A stretch of DNA of 64,000 bases from an uncultured Ruminococcus sp. (GTDB lineage: Bacteria > Bacillota > Clostridia > Oscillospirales > Ruminococcaceae). Both the position numbers and the translations under genes were made by a program. Positions 38,957 through 49,179 of the stretch are shown one piece after another; the first letter of the stretch is position 1; every line of letters starts with the position of its first letter. The stretch covers positions 3,529 through 67,528 of the forward strand of contig NZ_CALDMP010000076.1 of the NCBI RefSeq assembly GCF_937915125.1. Direction: 5' to 3'. The notes below the pieces were generated by a model. The model worked only from the letters and a program-made list of their open reading frames with translations. It was not told the DNA's origin and searched no databases.

Positions 38957-40778
38957 AAGAAAACATGGAAAGCCCGGGCACGGCGGCGGTCAGATGCCCG
39001 TGGAAAAAGCAAAGAATTTTAAAGGCTCTATGGGAAAGCTGTTCGTATACATCAAGAAATATCATGCAGCAGTAGTGGTGGTCATTCTTTGCGCCATTGT
39101 CTCCACTGTGTTTAGCGTCATCGGCCCGGATATTCTGGGTAAGGCGACCACGGAGCTGGCCAATGGACTCATGGCAAAGATCCATGGCACCGGTGGCATA
39201 GATTTCACCAAGATCGGACAGATTCTGCTATTTGTACTGGGACTGTATCTGTTCAGTGCTCTGTTCAGCTTCATCCAGGGCTGGCTCATGACCGGCGTTA
39301 CCCAGAAGGTATGCTACCGGATGCGCCGGGATATCTCCGAAAAGATCAACCGGATGCCCATGGCATACTTCGAAAGCCGTACCTACGGCGAAGTGCTCTC
39401 CCGGATCACCAACGATGTGGACACTCTGGGGCAGAGCCTGAACCAGAGTATTACACAGATCATCACTTCTGTGGCGACCATGGTAGGCGTTCTGGTCATG
39501 ATGCTGCGTATTTCGCCCCTCATGACACTGATTGCACTTGTGGTTCTGCCCATCTCTGTTTTCCTCATTTCTCTGGTGGTAAAGAGATCCCAGAAATACT
39601 TCAAGCAGCAGCAGGAATATCTGGGACACATCAACGGACAGGTGGAGGAGACCTATGCCGGTCACACCGTCATCAAGGCATACAACAAGGAACAGGAGAC
39701 CATTCAGAAGTTCCAGGAGACCAACGACACCCTGTACCGTTCCGCCTGGAAATCCCAGTTCTTGTCCGGTCTCATGCACCCCATTATGGTATTTGTGGGC
39801 AATCTAGGCTACGCTGCTGTGGCACTTTCCGGCGGTCTGCTTGCGATCCGGGGTACCATTACCATCGGTGATATTCAGGCATTCATCCAGTACGTGAAGA
39901 ACTTCACCCAGCCCATTCAGCAGATTGCCCAGGTGCTGAACCAGGTGCAGTCCATGGCGGCAGCAGCAGAGCGTGTCTTTGAATTCCTGGAAGAGGAAGA
40001 AGAGGTACAGACCGCAGAACATCCGGTACAACCGGAAGAAATCACCGGTACCGTCTCTTTCCAGCACGTCTCCTTTGGCTATCACCCGGAGCAGATGATC
40101 ATCCACGATTTCAGCGCCGATGTGAAGCCGGGACAGAAGATCGCCATTGTGGGTCCCACCGGCGCAGGCAAGACCACCATGGTAAAGCTTCTCATGCGGT
40201 TCTACGATGTCAACGGTGGTGCCATTCTTCTGGACGGACACAATGTCCGGGATTTCAACCGGAGTGAGCTGCGGGAAGCATTCGGCATGGTATTGCAGGA
40301 CACATGGCTGTTCCAGGGTACCATTATGGAGAATATCCGCTACGGCAGACTGGATGCCACAGACGAGGAAGTCATTGCAGCGGCAAAGGCGGCACATGCC
40401 GACAGCTTCATCCGGCAGCTGCCGGGGGGCTATGATATGGAGCTAAACGAGGACGCAAGCAATGTCTCCCAGGGACAGAAACAGCTGCTGACCATTGCCC
40501 GGGCGATTCTGGCGGATAACAAGATCATGATCCTGGACGAAGCCACTTCCTCTGTAGACACCCGGACGGAGATTCAGATTCAGAAGGCGATGGATCATCT
40601 CATGGAAGGCAGAACCAGCTTTGTCATTGCACATCGGCTCTCCACCATCCGCAATGCAGACCTGATTCTGGTCATGAAAGACGGCGATATCATCGAACAG
40701 GGCACCCATGATGAACTTCTAGCGAAGAATGGATTCTATGCGGATCTGTATCGGTCGCAGTTTGTACAAACAGCGTAA
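38946..40778 (+). CDS. ABC exporter TMD-NBD subunit (consensus catalytic residues)
   Basis: GPTGAGKT, SQGQKQ, LDEATSS, AHRLST. Confidence 0.92.
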   Translation: MANERKHGKPGHGGGQMPVEKAKNFKGSMGKLFVYIKKYHAAVVVVILCAIVSTVFSVIGPDILGKATTELANGLMAKIHGTGGIDFTKIGQILLFVLGLYLFSALFSFIQGWLMTGVTQKVCYRMRRDISEKINRMPMAYFESRTYGEVLSRITNDVDTLGQSLNQSITQIITSVATMVGVLVMMLRISPLMTLIALVVLPISVFLISLVVKRSQKYFKQQQEYLGHINGQVEETYAGHTVIKAYNKEQETIQKFQETNDTLYRSAWKSQFLSGLMHPIMVFVGNLGYAAVALSGGLLAIRGTITIGDIQAFIQYVKNFTQPIQQIAQVLNQVQSMAAAAERVFEFLEEEEEVQTAEHPVQPEEITGTVSFQHVSFGYHPEQMIIHDFSADVKPGQKIAIVGPTGAGKTTMVKLLMRFYDVNGGAILLDGHNVRDFNRSELREAFGMVLQDTWLFQGTIMENIRYGRLDATDEEVIAAAKAAHADSFIRQLPGGYDMELNEDASNVSQGQKQLLTIARAILADNKIMILDEATSSVDTRTEIQIQKAMDHLMEGRTSFVIAHRLSTIRNADLILVMKDGDIIEQGTHDELLAKNGFYADLYRSQFVQTA

Positions 40779-40796
40779 ATTACAACCAATTACAGC

Positions 40797-40836
40797 AAAA
40801 CGGACGAACCCCTTTTACCCGGTTCGTCCGTTTTTT
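40797..40836. terminator. Bidirectional terminator
   Basis: AAAACGGACGAACC...GGTTCGTCCGTTTTTT between convergent ABC and eno. Confidence 0.75.
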
Positions 40837-40853
40837 GCGCCAATATTTCGTGG

Positions 40854-42185
<1,332 letters not shown>

Positions 42186-42285
42186 CTAGGAGTATGCCCG
42201 GGTTTGGGAAAGATATGCAGAAACGGAAAGCATGTACGCAAAAAGGCTGCCCGAATCGGACAGCCTTTGTTGTTGCTATATTCAA

Positions 42286-42331
42286 GGCAATACCGTGCAA
42301 AGCCGTCAGGCGGTCTTTTTGCAGTGTTGCC
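42286..42331 (+). mobile_element. Internally deleted MITE A remnant (46 bp)
   Basis: Left end GGCAATACCG fused to right part TGCAAAGCCGTCAGGCG..GTGTTGCC; flanks TCAA/TTAA. Confidence 0.65.
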
Positions 42332-42339
42332 TTAAGGAC

Positions 42340-44292
42340 TCAGCGAATCTTCGCTCCCACCGGCAGGGACTCATCCGGGAAGATCACCTTCACATCCCCA
42401 TTGGGCATATCTGCCGCACAGATCATACCGCAGCTTTCCACGCCGCAGAGCTTTGCCGGCTTCAGATTTGCCACCAGCATGATTTTTTTGCCGATGAGAT
42501 CCTCCGGGGCATACCAGGGCGCAATACCGGAAACCACCTGTCTGCCGCCCATGCCGTCGTCCAGCTGAAGCTTCAGCAGCTTCTTGGACTTCTTGACCTT
42601 TTCGCAGGCAATGACCTTCGCCACACGCAGATCCGTCTGTGCAAAGGTGTCGATGGGAATCTCCTCTGCCAGAGGCTGGGGCGTATATTCCGGCTCAGCC
42701 GGCTCTTCCTTGGGCTGGTTTGCCAGAATCAGCTGGTTCAGCTCATCAATTTCCTTGTCCACATCGATTCTCGGGAAAATGATATCTCCCTTGTGTACCG
42801 TCACATTTGCCGACAGTGTACCGAAGCTGGAAATGGTGCTGTATGCAGTTTCCGCCGGGGATGCGCCGATCTGTTCCCAGATTTTCGGCATGGTCTCCGG
42901 CATGAATGTGCTCAGGGGCACGGAGACAATGCGGATGGTCTCCAGCAAATTGTAGAGCACCGTAGCCAGACGAGTGCGGTTTGCCTCGTCACGTGCAAGA
43001 ATCCACGGTGCGGTTTCGTCAATATACTTGTTGGCACGGGATACTACCTGGAAAATCTCTGCCAGCATGAGATTCAGCTGGGTCTTGTCCAGAAGTTCCT
43101 CCAGCTTGTCTTTCAGTCCGGCAGCAGCGGCAATGAGTTCGTCGTCAAATTCACCGGGCTGGCGTTCCTCCGGCAGTGTGCCGCCGAAGTATTTCTCCAC
43201 CATTGCCACGGTACGAGAAACCAAATTGCCCAGTCCGTTTGCCAGATCGGAGTTGATGCGGTTGATCATAATCTCGTTGGAGAAAGAACTGTCTGCACCC
43301 AGCGCCATTTCCCGGAGAATGTGATACCGGATGGCATCTGCGCCGTAGCGGTCTGCCAGCAGGAACGGATCTACCACATTGCCCAATGACTTGGACATTT
43401 TCTGTCCGTTGAACGTGATCCAGCCGTGTACTGCCAGATGCTTCGGCAAGGGCAGATCCAGCGCCATGAGCATTGCCGGCCAGATAATGGCGTGGAAACG
43501 CATGATATCCTTTGCTACCATGTGTATGTCTGCCGGCCAGTATTCGTCAAAATCATGGTATGCGCTGTTTTCATAGCCCAGTGCGCTGATATAGTTCGAC
43601 AGGGCGTCGATCCAGACATAGACCACATGTCCCTCGTCGAAAGTCACGGGAATACCCCATGTAAAGGAAGTCCGGGACACGCAGAGATCCTCCAGACCCG
43701 GCTTGATGAAGTTGTTCACCAGTTCGACCGCACGAGTCTTGGGCTGGAGATAATCCGTCTCCGTGAGCAGCTTTTCGATCCGGTCGGCAAAGGGCGACAT
43801 CTTCATGAAATATGCCTCTTCCTTTGCCTCAGTGACTTCCCGGTGACACTCGGGACAGCAGCCGTTTTCGTCCAGCTGGGACTCTGTCCAGAAGCTCTCG
43901 CAGGGTGTACAGTACTTGCCCTTGTACTCACCCTTATAAATGTAGCCCTTGTCGTACAGTGCCTTGAAAATTTTCTGTACTGTCTCTACATGATAATCAT
44001 CCGTTGTGCGGATATAGCGGTCATAGCTGATATGCATACGCTCCCAGAGCGCCTTGAAAACCTTGACGATCTCGTCCACATATTCTTTCGGAGTGATACC
44101 CCTTTCGGCTGCTTTCTGTTCAATTTTCAGACCGTGCTCGTCCGTTCCCGTGAGGAAAATGACATCATAGCCCTGCATTCGTCTGTACCGTGCGATGGAA
44201 TCGCAGGCAACGGTGGTGTAGCAGTGACCGATATGGGGATTACCCGACGGATAGTAGATCGGCGTGGTAATATAATACGGCTTTTTTGACAT
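42340..44292 (-). CDS. metG: Methionine--tRNA ligase with C-terminal tRNA-binding domain
   Basis: YITTPIYYPSG.PHIGH, GTDEHG, KMSKS, Trbp111-like C-terminus. Confidence 0.97.
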   Translation of the reverse strand: MSKKPYYITTPIYYPSGNPHIGHCYTTVACDSIARYRRMQGYDVIFLTGTDEHGLKIEQKAAERGITPKEYVDEIVKVFKALWERMHISYDRYIRTTDDYHVETVQKIFKALYDKGYIYKGEYKGKYCTPCESFWTESQLDENGCCPECHREVTEAKEEAYFMKMSPFADRIEKLLTETDYLQPKTRAVELVNNFIKPGLEDLCVSRTSFTWGIPVTFDEGHVVYVWIDALSNYISALGYENSAYHDFDEYWPADIHMVAKDIMRFHAIIWPAMLMALDLPLPKHLAVHGWITFNGQKMSKSLGNVVDPFLLADRYGADAIRYHILREMALGADSSFSNEIMINRINSDLANGLGNLVSRTVAMVEKYFGGTLPEERQPGEFDDELIAAAAGLKDKLEELLDKTQLNLMLAEIFQVVSRANKYIDETAPWILARDEANRTRLATVLYNLLETIRIVSVPLSTFMPETMPKIWEQIGASPAETAYSTISSFGTLSANVTVHKGDIIFPRIDVDKEIDELNQLILANQPKEEPAEPEYTPQPLAEEIPIDTFAQTDLRVAKVIACEKVKKSKKLLKLQLDDGMGGRQVVSGIAPWYAPEDLIGKKIMLVANLKPAKLCGVESCGMICAADMPNGDVKVIFPDESLPVGAKIR

Positions 44293-44626
44293 ACGAGGTT
44301 CCTCCTTAACATTCGCTGCCGCAGAAAGCGGCTGTTGCCTTTTATTGTACCATATTTTCGGGGATTTGTCACGTGTTTTTTTGAAATTTTCTAGAAATAC
44401 GGATTTTAGCAGTTTGTTTTTTTATGTATTTTATAAGATTTTGCTATAATAATTTTCAAGCAATCTTAAAGTTATTTCATTTCGCATAAATTGCCGGCAT
44501 TTTTCGACACAAAAAATGTTTATATATATAAATTTAGAATTTCAGTGTTGACTTTTATGGTGAAATGTGCTAATATATTGTTAGAAGAAAATTCGTGTTC
44601 TTAAAATTTTAGGAGGTGCATTTTTT

Positions 44627-44833
44627 ATGAAATAAAAATTACGGTTAGCTTCATTATTGGTGGCATGTGTGTGCGTTGTGGGGTCTATTGCTTCGCTTTC
44701 GGCTTCTGCGACAGCACTGCGAGGTGATGTAAATGGAGATGGTACAATTAATTTATCAGATGCAGTTGCACTAAATAAATTTTTAGTTGGAAAACTCACT
44801 GTCACAAACCTGAGTAATGTTTTGAAAGGATGA
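44627..44833 (+). pseudogene. Remnant of a secreted N-terminal-dockerin gene
   Basis: AGGAGG RBS, ATG AAA TAA (stop at codon 3), then in frame KLRLASLLVACVCVVGSIASLSASA (signal peptide) TALRGDVNGDGTINLSDAVALNKFLVG (first dockerin repeat), truncated at TGA 44831; promoter TTGACT-17-TAATAT at 44548-44576. Confidence 0.8.
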
Positions 44834-44838
44834 TTTTT

Positions 44839-45948
44839 ATGAAAAGAAGGAAAAGGATATTAACAGCCACATGCACCGCTGCAGTTTTGACAGGCGTGTG
44901 CAGTATGCCGACATTTGCAGCTGGGATTCTGGCAGAGGGAAAGCCGATTCCGCAGCTTCTGGAGGAAATGGCGCAAGATACAAATTCGTACTTCCTCGAA
45001 ACATCCGCCGGCATGTATCATTATCTGACGGAAGACAACTTTTACGCCATTGAACTCACAAAGAAATACTACACGATTCAGTTGGAACAGGGTCTGTCTC
45101 TCCCGAAGGATGCAGCGGCGCAGTTGGAAAAAGCGATTTGTATATATGGTAGTACAGACCCGGTTCCCGTGACAGAAGGCGCACCGAATATCACCAATCA
45201 CTATGTGAACGGCGCTTCGCTAGAAGATTTTGGAGACGGAACATATCAGCTGGTACTTTCGAAATATTGTGAAGTGGATGAAACTACGCTCATCACCTAT
45301 TTGCAGACCATTCCTGGATTTGCGTCTATCACCTATGGTGCTGCCGGATATGAACTGACAGACAGCAGTCTCAACCTGAACTATGATTTTGAGGGAAGTG
45401 AAAAGCGTCCGATGGACGGCACTCCGATCACACTCGATATCCAGACAACAGAGAATATTGCCTTGACAGCAGAAGATTTTGCAGAAAGTCTGGGCGTGGT
45501 TTCTGTAGAATCTGTAAGCAATGGTACCACATACAGAATATCCCTCGATTCGGAACTGTATCAGAAAATGACCCCAAGCGAAATGCTTCAGCTGGTCAAA
45601 CAAATAGAAGTAACGGAACAGGTGGAAACAGTGGATCTCCACTGCCAGATGAATGAGCTTGCCTACGCTGCGGTAAACGAACCCATCGACAACGGCGCCA
45701 TCCCCTACGTCACCCGAGGTGACTGCGATGAGACGGAGACAACCACTCCCGATGACGCTTACCTTGCGCTCCGGCACTATGCCGCAGACGCTGTAGGCGG
45801 CGAGCCTGCACTCTCCGACCGGAACCGCTGTGCCGCAGATGTCAACGGAAACGGCAAAGTCGATCCCGACGATGCCTATTTCATGCTGAAATATTACGCC
45901 GCAGCATCCGTGGGCGGCGATGCCCAGTGGAGCGAGATTCTGCAATAA
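44839..45948 (+). CDS. Secreted protein of unknown function with C-terminal dockerin
   Basis: Signal peptide; acidic body; RGDCDE..TTTPDDAY.AL.HYA...ADVNGNGKVDPDDAYFMLKYYA. Confidence 0.82.
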   Translation: MKRRKRILTATCTAAVLTGVCSMPTFAAGILAEGKPIPQLLEEMAQDTNSYFLETSAGMYHYLTEDNFYAIELTKKYYTIQLEQGLSLPKDAAAQLEKAICIYGSTDPVPVTEGAPNITNHYVNGASLEDFGDGTYQLVLSKYCEVDETTLITYLQTIPGFASITYGAAGYELTDSSLNLNYDFEGSEKRPMDGTPITLDIQTTENIALTAEDFAESLGVVSVESVSNGTTYRISLDSELYQKMTPSEMLQLVKQIEVTEQVETVDLHCQMNELAYAAVNEPIDNGAIPYVTRGDCDETETTTPDDAYLALRHYAADAVGGEPALSDRNRCAADVNGNGKVDPDDAYFMLKYYAAASVGGDAQWSEILQ

Positions 45949-46048
45949 GCGCATATTCAAAAATATACCATAGGCATACAATACAAAGACCGCAACACGG
46001 GCGAACCCATTTCACTTCGGGTTCGCCCGTTTTTTGCGCGGTGTTGCC

Positions 46049-46189
46049 TTAAGAAAATTTTTGCAGCACCCAGTCCATGCCGTTCCAGATGCCTGCCGCC
46101 AGAATCAGCAGCACACCCAGCGGAACTGCCACAACTGCCAGAAGGGAAAATCCCATTATTACTGTTAATTTACGCATCATTTGCACCAT
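46049..46189 (-). CDS. Small 46-aa membrane peptide downstream of the BceB-like permease
   Basis: ATG abuts the permease TAA; MVQMMRKLTVIMGFSLLAVVAVPLGVLLILAAGIWNGMDWVLQKFS; followed by terminator stem 45997-46035. Confidence 0.55.
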   Translation of the reverse strand: MVQMMRKLTVIMGFSLLAVVAVPLGVLLILAAGIWNGMDWVLQKFS

Positions 46190-48199
46190 TTATTTCACCA
46201 GCTGGTAATAACTCCGGGAGGTCAGCTTGTACATGATCACATACAGAATTGCAAACACCAGGAAGCTGCCCACCGTGACGCCCACCAGCAGTGGTGTATT
46301 CGTCAGTCCGAACAAGATTAAGAGCCTGCGTACAAGGGGAAAAGCAAAGCCCGTGTGTACCCCAGCCGCCAGAAGCGGTGCCGCAAATACCGTCAATACC
46401 TGTGAGTTGATGCTCTTCCGGATCTCCTTCTGGGTCATGCCCACTTTCTGCATGATCTCGAACCGGGAGGCGTCCTCATAGCCCTCGGAGATCTGCTTGT
46501 AGTACATGATCAGCACAGTGCCGAACAGAAAGACAACGCTCAGCATGATACCCAGAAACAGCAGACCGCCGTACAGGGAATAGCAATTATGACGCTGTTC
46601 TGCACGACAGGCGGTGTCCACTCTGGGAAAGGCTTCGTCCTGCAATTGCAGTGCCTGGATGCTGCTGTCCATGTCATCCAGAATGGCAATCTGGGTTTCC
46701 TCGTCACAGTCCAGGTCAAAGCCATAATAGGTTTCCATCTCGGAGGCTTCATCGCCGTATACCTGCTTCTGGTGATTGTAAATCTCTTGCAGTGTATCTG
46801 CATCCTGCACCACAAGATACATGGTGGAAACGGCAGATGCCAGATTGATGCCCTGGGATACGAAGAGGTCTACCTGTTTTTCTACATACATGGGTGCCAT
46901 CTCGCCAAATTGCAGCGTGTCATAGGGGAATTCCCCTTTTTCCATATGGATGAGCACATGGTTATCTGACAAAGTCTCTGTCTGATCGGAAAGCTGGTTA
47001 TACTGTTCCAGCGTGTAGATCATGACCTGCAGCACATCATCGTAATTGACAAACCCGTCAAAATTTTTCCGATCAATGATGATCTTGTTCTCCTGCTGCA
47101 TACCGGCAACGGGAAGATAAGAATAGTGAATCTCATGCTCCGGCGTCACATCATAAGTGTGCATGACTTCCGAAACGGCATTTTCTATGGATGTGGTGTA
47201 TTCTGCATCCGCAGAATAGCTGTTCACTTCCATATCTGTGGGATATCGGCTGTACAAAATATCCTCTTCGCCAATGTACAGGCACAAGGAGGACGAGATC
47301 ATAACCAGAACTGCCGTAGACAGGATGCAGATGGAGGCAAGGCTTGCGCCGTTGCGCTTCATGCGGTATGCCATAGAGGAAACAGAGACAAAGTGGCTGG
47401 TTTTGTAGTAATACCGCTTGTTCTTCTGGAGAATCTTACACAACGCCACAGAGCCGCAGATGAACAGCAGATAAGAGGAAATGATGACCAGCACAATGGC
47501 GACGAAAAAGACGCTCAGCGCCGCCATGGGCTCCTCAATGGTTATTGCCAGATAGTAGGCGATGCCCAGCAGGATCACACCGATCACCGCCAAGATCCAC
47601 CGGGCTTTTGGCGGTTTTTCGCCCACCTTTTCCCCACGGAGCAACTCCACCGGCTTTGCCACGTGAATCTGTCCCAAAGAGTACAACAGGATCAAAGCGA
47701 AGCAAATCAACGTCAGCAGCAGCGTATTGCGTACAGCCGTGGGTTCGATGGAAAACGCCAGAACGGCTTCGTTTTCCAGCACCCGTGCTGCACACAGTTC
47801 CGCCAGCTTCGACAGGAGAACGCCAAGCCCCAAACCGCCTGCAAGGGAGGTCACAAAGAGCATAAGATTCTGCCACAGCAGGATACGGGCAATGTTCCAC
47901 TTCCCCATACCCAGGATGTTGTATAACCCGAACTCCGTCTTACGGCGACGCATGAGGAAGGAATTCATGTAGAACAGAAAGATCACTGCAAAAATTGCCG
48001 TCACCGCCATGCCCCAGGACAAAATCAGCTGCAAATTCTGACCGCCGTGCATTTCGTGGACAGATTTGCTGTAGGTCAGATAGGAGACAATGTAGTACAT
48101 CATGACGATGCCGATGCTGGTCAGAAGAAAAGGGAGATAGGTCTTTTTGTTCTTGACGATGCCGTGCCAGGCAAGCTTCGGGTATAGATTCATCTTCAT
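46190..48199 (-). CDS. BceB-type (FtsX-like) ABC permease
   Basis: NSFL.RRRK.EFGLY.ILGM, large extracellular domain, YYKQISEG.ED..RF.IMQKVG. Confidence 0.92.
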   Translation of the reverse strand: MKMNLYPKLAWHGIVKNKKTYLPFLLTSIGIVMMYYIVSYLTYSKSVHEMHGGQNLQLILSWGMAVTAIFAVIFLFYMNSFLMRRRKTEFGLYNILGMGKWNIARILLWQNLMLFVTSLAGGLGLGVLLSKLAELCAARVLENEAVLAFSIEPTAVRNTLLLTLICFALILLYSLGQIHVAKPVELLRGEKVGEKPPKARWILAVIGVILLGIAYYLAITIEEPMAALSVFFVAIVLVIISSYLLFICGSVALCKILQKNKRYYYKTSHFVSVSSMAYRMKRNGASLASICILSTAVLVMISSSLCLYIGEEDILYSRYPTDMEVNSYSADAEYTTSIENAVSEVMHTYDVTPEHEIHYSYLPVAGMQQENKIIIDRKNFDGFVNYDDVLQVMIYTLEQYNQLSDQTETLSDNHVLIHMEKGEFPYDTLQFGEMAPMYVEKQVDLFVSQGINLASAVSTMYLVVQDADTLQEIYNHQKQVYGDEASEMETYYGFDLDCDEETQIAILDDMDSSIQALQLQDEAFPRVDTACRAEQRHNCYSLYGGLLFLGIMLSVVFLFGTVLIMYYKQISEGYEDASRFEIMQKVGMTQKEIRKSINSQVLTVFAAPLLAAGVHTGFAFPLVRRLLILFGLTNTPLLVGVTVGSFLVFAILYVIMYKLTSRSYYQLVK

Positions 48200-48960
48200 G
48201 CGTTCTCGCCTCCCGTAGTCAGAAGTGCAAGAGAAGCAGAAATCCGCTGATAAAACTGTTCGTTGGTGTCACTGCCCCGATACAGCTGGTGGAATACCTG
48301 ACCATCCTTGATGAACATGACCCGTCCGGCATGGCTGGCAGCCTTTACGGAATGGGTCACCATGACGATGGTCTGCCCCGACTGGTTGATGGCGGTGAAC
48401 AGGGACAGCAGTTCATCGGTGGAACGGGAATCCAGTGCACCGGTGGGCTCATCCGCCAGGATCAATCTGGGATTGGTGATCAGAGCACGTGCCACTGCGG
48501 CACGCTGTTTCTGACCGCCGGAAACCTCATATGGGTATTTTTTCAGCAGCTCCGTAATGCCAAGCTGCCGGGCGATCGGTGCCAGCCGCCGCTGCATTTC
48601 CGCATATGGTGTGCCAATGAGCACCAGGGGCAGGTAGATGTTGTCCTCCAGAGAAAATGTGTCCAGCAGGTTGAAATCCTGAAAGACAAAGCCCAGGTTG
48701 TCCCGGCGGAATGCGGCGATCTGGGATTCCCGGATCTGGGTGAGATCCTTTCCGTCCAGCTGGACGCTGCCGCTGGTGGGACGATCCAATGCCGCCAGAA
48801 TATTCAGCAGGGTGGTCTTTCCGGAACCGGATTCGCCCATGACGGCAGTATATTCCCCCTGTTCCACCACAAAGGACACATCCCGGAGCGCCTCCACCTG
48901 ATTGCCGCCAAAGCGTGTGGTATAGATTTTTTTGAGATGGGATACCTCTAACATTGCCAT
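48196..48960 (-). CDS. BceA-type ABC ATP-binding protein
   Basis: GESGSGKTT, GFVFQDFNLLD, YPYEVSGGQKQR, ADEPTGALDS. Confidence 0.93.
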   Translation of the reverse strand: MAMLEVSHLKKIYTTRFGGNQVEALRDVSFVVEQGEYTAVMGESGSGKTTLLNILAALDRPTSGSVQLDGKDLTQIRESQIAAFRRDNLGFVFQDFNLLDTFSLEDNIYLPLVLIGTPYAEMQRRLAPIARQLGITELLKKYPYEVSGGQKQRAAVARALITNPRLILADEPTGALDSRSTDELLSLFTAINQSGQTIVMVTHSVKAASHAGRVMFIKDGQVFHQLYRGSDTNEQFYQRISASLALLTTGGENA

Positions 48961-48978
48961 TGCAATGACCTCCTTTTT

Positions 48979-49069
48979 GGAATGAAAAATGTCAGTATCG
49001 CCTATGGCGATGATTTATAAAATGAATCATTTTGAGTCAAGTGAACACTGACACGCCATTTTTCATTCC
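48979..49069. repeat. Palindromic element family D in the bceA 5' UTR
   Basis: 13-bp IR GGAATGAAAAATG...CATTTTTCATTCC with internal TATCGCC..TGGCGA hairpin. Confidence 0.6.
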
Positions 49070-49088
49070 TAATTGCTTTTACAACTCC

Positions 49089-49164
49089 AGTATACCACAA
49101 ACGGGAAATGCACCGCCATCGATTTGGCTTACATTTCCCGTGGTGAATCTTACATTTTTGTAAG
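49089..49164 (-). promoter_or_regulatory. BceR-type binding site and -10 of the bceAB promoter
   Basis: CTTACA-TTTT-TGTAAG (49149-49164) matching TNACA-N4-TGTAA, a second CTTACA half-site 21 bp away (49128-49133), and -10 TATACT (49094-49089). Confidence 0.75.
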
Positions 49165-49179
49165 ATTGCGGTGTAACAT

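Noticed and set aside
44293..44375. T-box or SAM riboswitch upstream of metG
   Set aside because: The putative promoter (GTGACA...TACAAT) is only ~50 nt from the start and no T-box motif is visible
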